Shown here in pieces: positions 63,001 to 64,000 of a DNA stretch of 64,000 nt. Numbering within the stretch: position 1 is the stretch's first letter; every line of letters starts with the position of its first letter. Made by a program: the position numbers and the translations under genes. The stretch is from NCBI RefSeq assembly GCF_003704095.1, contig NW_020844201.1, positions 124,001 through 188,000 on the forward strand. The letters run 5' to 3'. The notes beneath the pieces are model-generated. The model searched no databases. It had not been told where the DNA came from and saw only the letters and a program-made list of their open reading frames with translations. The stretch comes from Pocillopora damicornis (Eukaryota).

Positions 63001-64000
63001 TGTGCATATTTTTCAAAGCTGTAGTCAAGACAGTGTCACAGTTTTGGCTATTGTAGATGACGTCCTGAAACAGCTCAAAGCAACAATGCCTGAATTACAT
63101 CGCGTGCACTTCAGACAGGATAATGCTGGATGCTACCACAGTGCGTCCACATTACTGGTAATTGAGCAAGTAGCAAAGAAGTATGACATCAGCATCACAG
63201 TGGACTTTTCAGATCCACAAGGGGGCAAAGGTTCGTGTGACCGCAAAGCAACCACCATCAAGAGCCATATGAAGAGATTCCTAAACTCTGGTCATGATAT
63301 CGAGACTGCCGAGCAAATGAAGAGTGCCATGGAGTCCTCTGGTTGTGTACCTGGAGTAAGAGTCAAGCTATGCAGTTCACAAGATATTCCCAAGCCCGTG
63401 GCTGTAAAGTGGGAAGGTGTGAGCTTTGTCAATAATATTGAATATGGCAGCGACGGAATGAGAGTCTGGAGATCATATGCAGTTGGCCCTGGTAAAGTTC
63501 TACCATGGAATCACTTCAATCGCCCAGAACGCTACTCCGCATCAGTGCTTAACCTACTTGGGGATGCTACTTCTCCAAAAGCTATGTTTACTGCACTCAC
63601 ACCAACGCAAAAATTGGCAAAAACGCAGCAAGAGCAATTCGCATTGGGTCAGGCGGAAGCTGTAGATCAATCGGATGACGAAGAAACAGAGTGCCACGAT
63701 AAACTTTTTTCATGTCCTGAAGAGGGACGTGTAAAATCCTTTCAAAGATTTTCGTCTCTCCAATACCATCTTGATGCTGGATGACACTGCTACGCTTTAG
63801 AGCATGAAACGTATGCCGAAAAGCTAGAACAGGGTGTTGCCACAGTTTAAGCCCCTATTGATGATACTGGAACACCTCAGTCATTGGTTTTCCTTCGCCA
63901 TTGCAGATGGGCTGGGCGTTGAAATCATCCAGAACACAAAGGACTCGGCGGAGGGAAAGCCAGAAACAACATCTCACTGCTGTCTTTCAAACCGGCTAAC
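60091..64000 (+). mobile_element. Sola3-like DNA transposon (5' part) with disrupted, intron-containing transposase
   Basis: Left junction TTAA|GAG matches the Sola3 TTAA TSD and GAG terminus. Transposase from 61343 with DWAMKYL...ESQADWFGKRGISWH, RQDNAGCYH and DFSDPQGGKGSCDRK catalytic segments and a C2H2-like FSCPEE...LQYHLDAG. Contains stops and frameshifts. Confidence 0.75.

Overview
AT-rich, intron-containing eukaryotic genomic DNA. Gene and repeat content suggest a cnidarian, probably a scleractinian coral (inference). There are four assembly gaps: 32711-33185, 39113-39478, 54034-54650 and 55155-55254. The left half holds two very tight head-to-head housekeeping gene pairs: UPF2(-)/TAF1C(+), with start codons about 195 bp apart, and CHCHD4/MIA40(-)/GPKOW(+), about 135 bp apart. 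Their introns contain TE relics (a full-length decayed Tc1/IS630-like element, MITEs, LINE fragments), and tRNA-derived repeats lie between the two pairs. The middle holds a multi-exon cadherin-domain type I membrane protein gene (-). Its single-exon cytoplasmic tail is built from about 111-aa Ser-rich tandem repeats with a conserved SxTPxSL[RK]NLWxG motif. The right end is a nested TE graveyard: a Polinton/Maverick-type pPolB remnant interrupted by a Penelope-like element and a LINE, further Polinton-like remnants, an inverted satellite block, and the 5' part of a Sola3-like DNA transposon. No CRISPR array, rRNA or intact tRNA gene was found. All family assignments are from recalled motifs; no searches were run.
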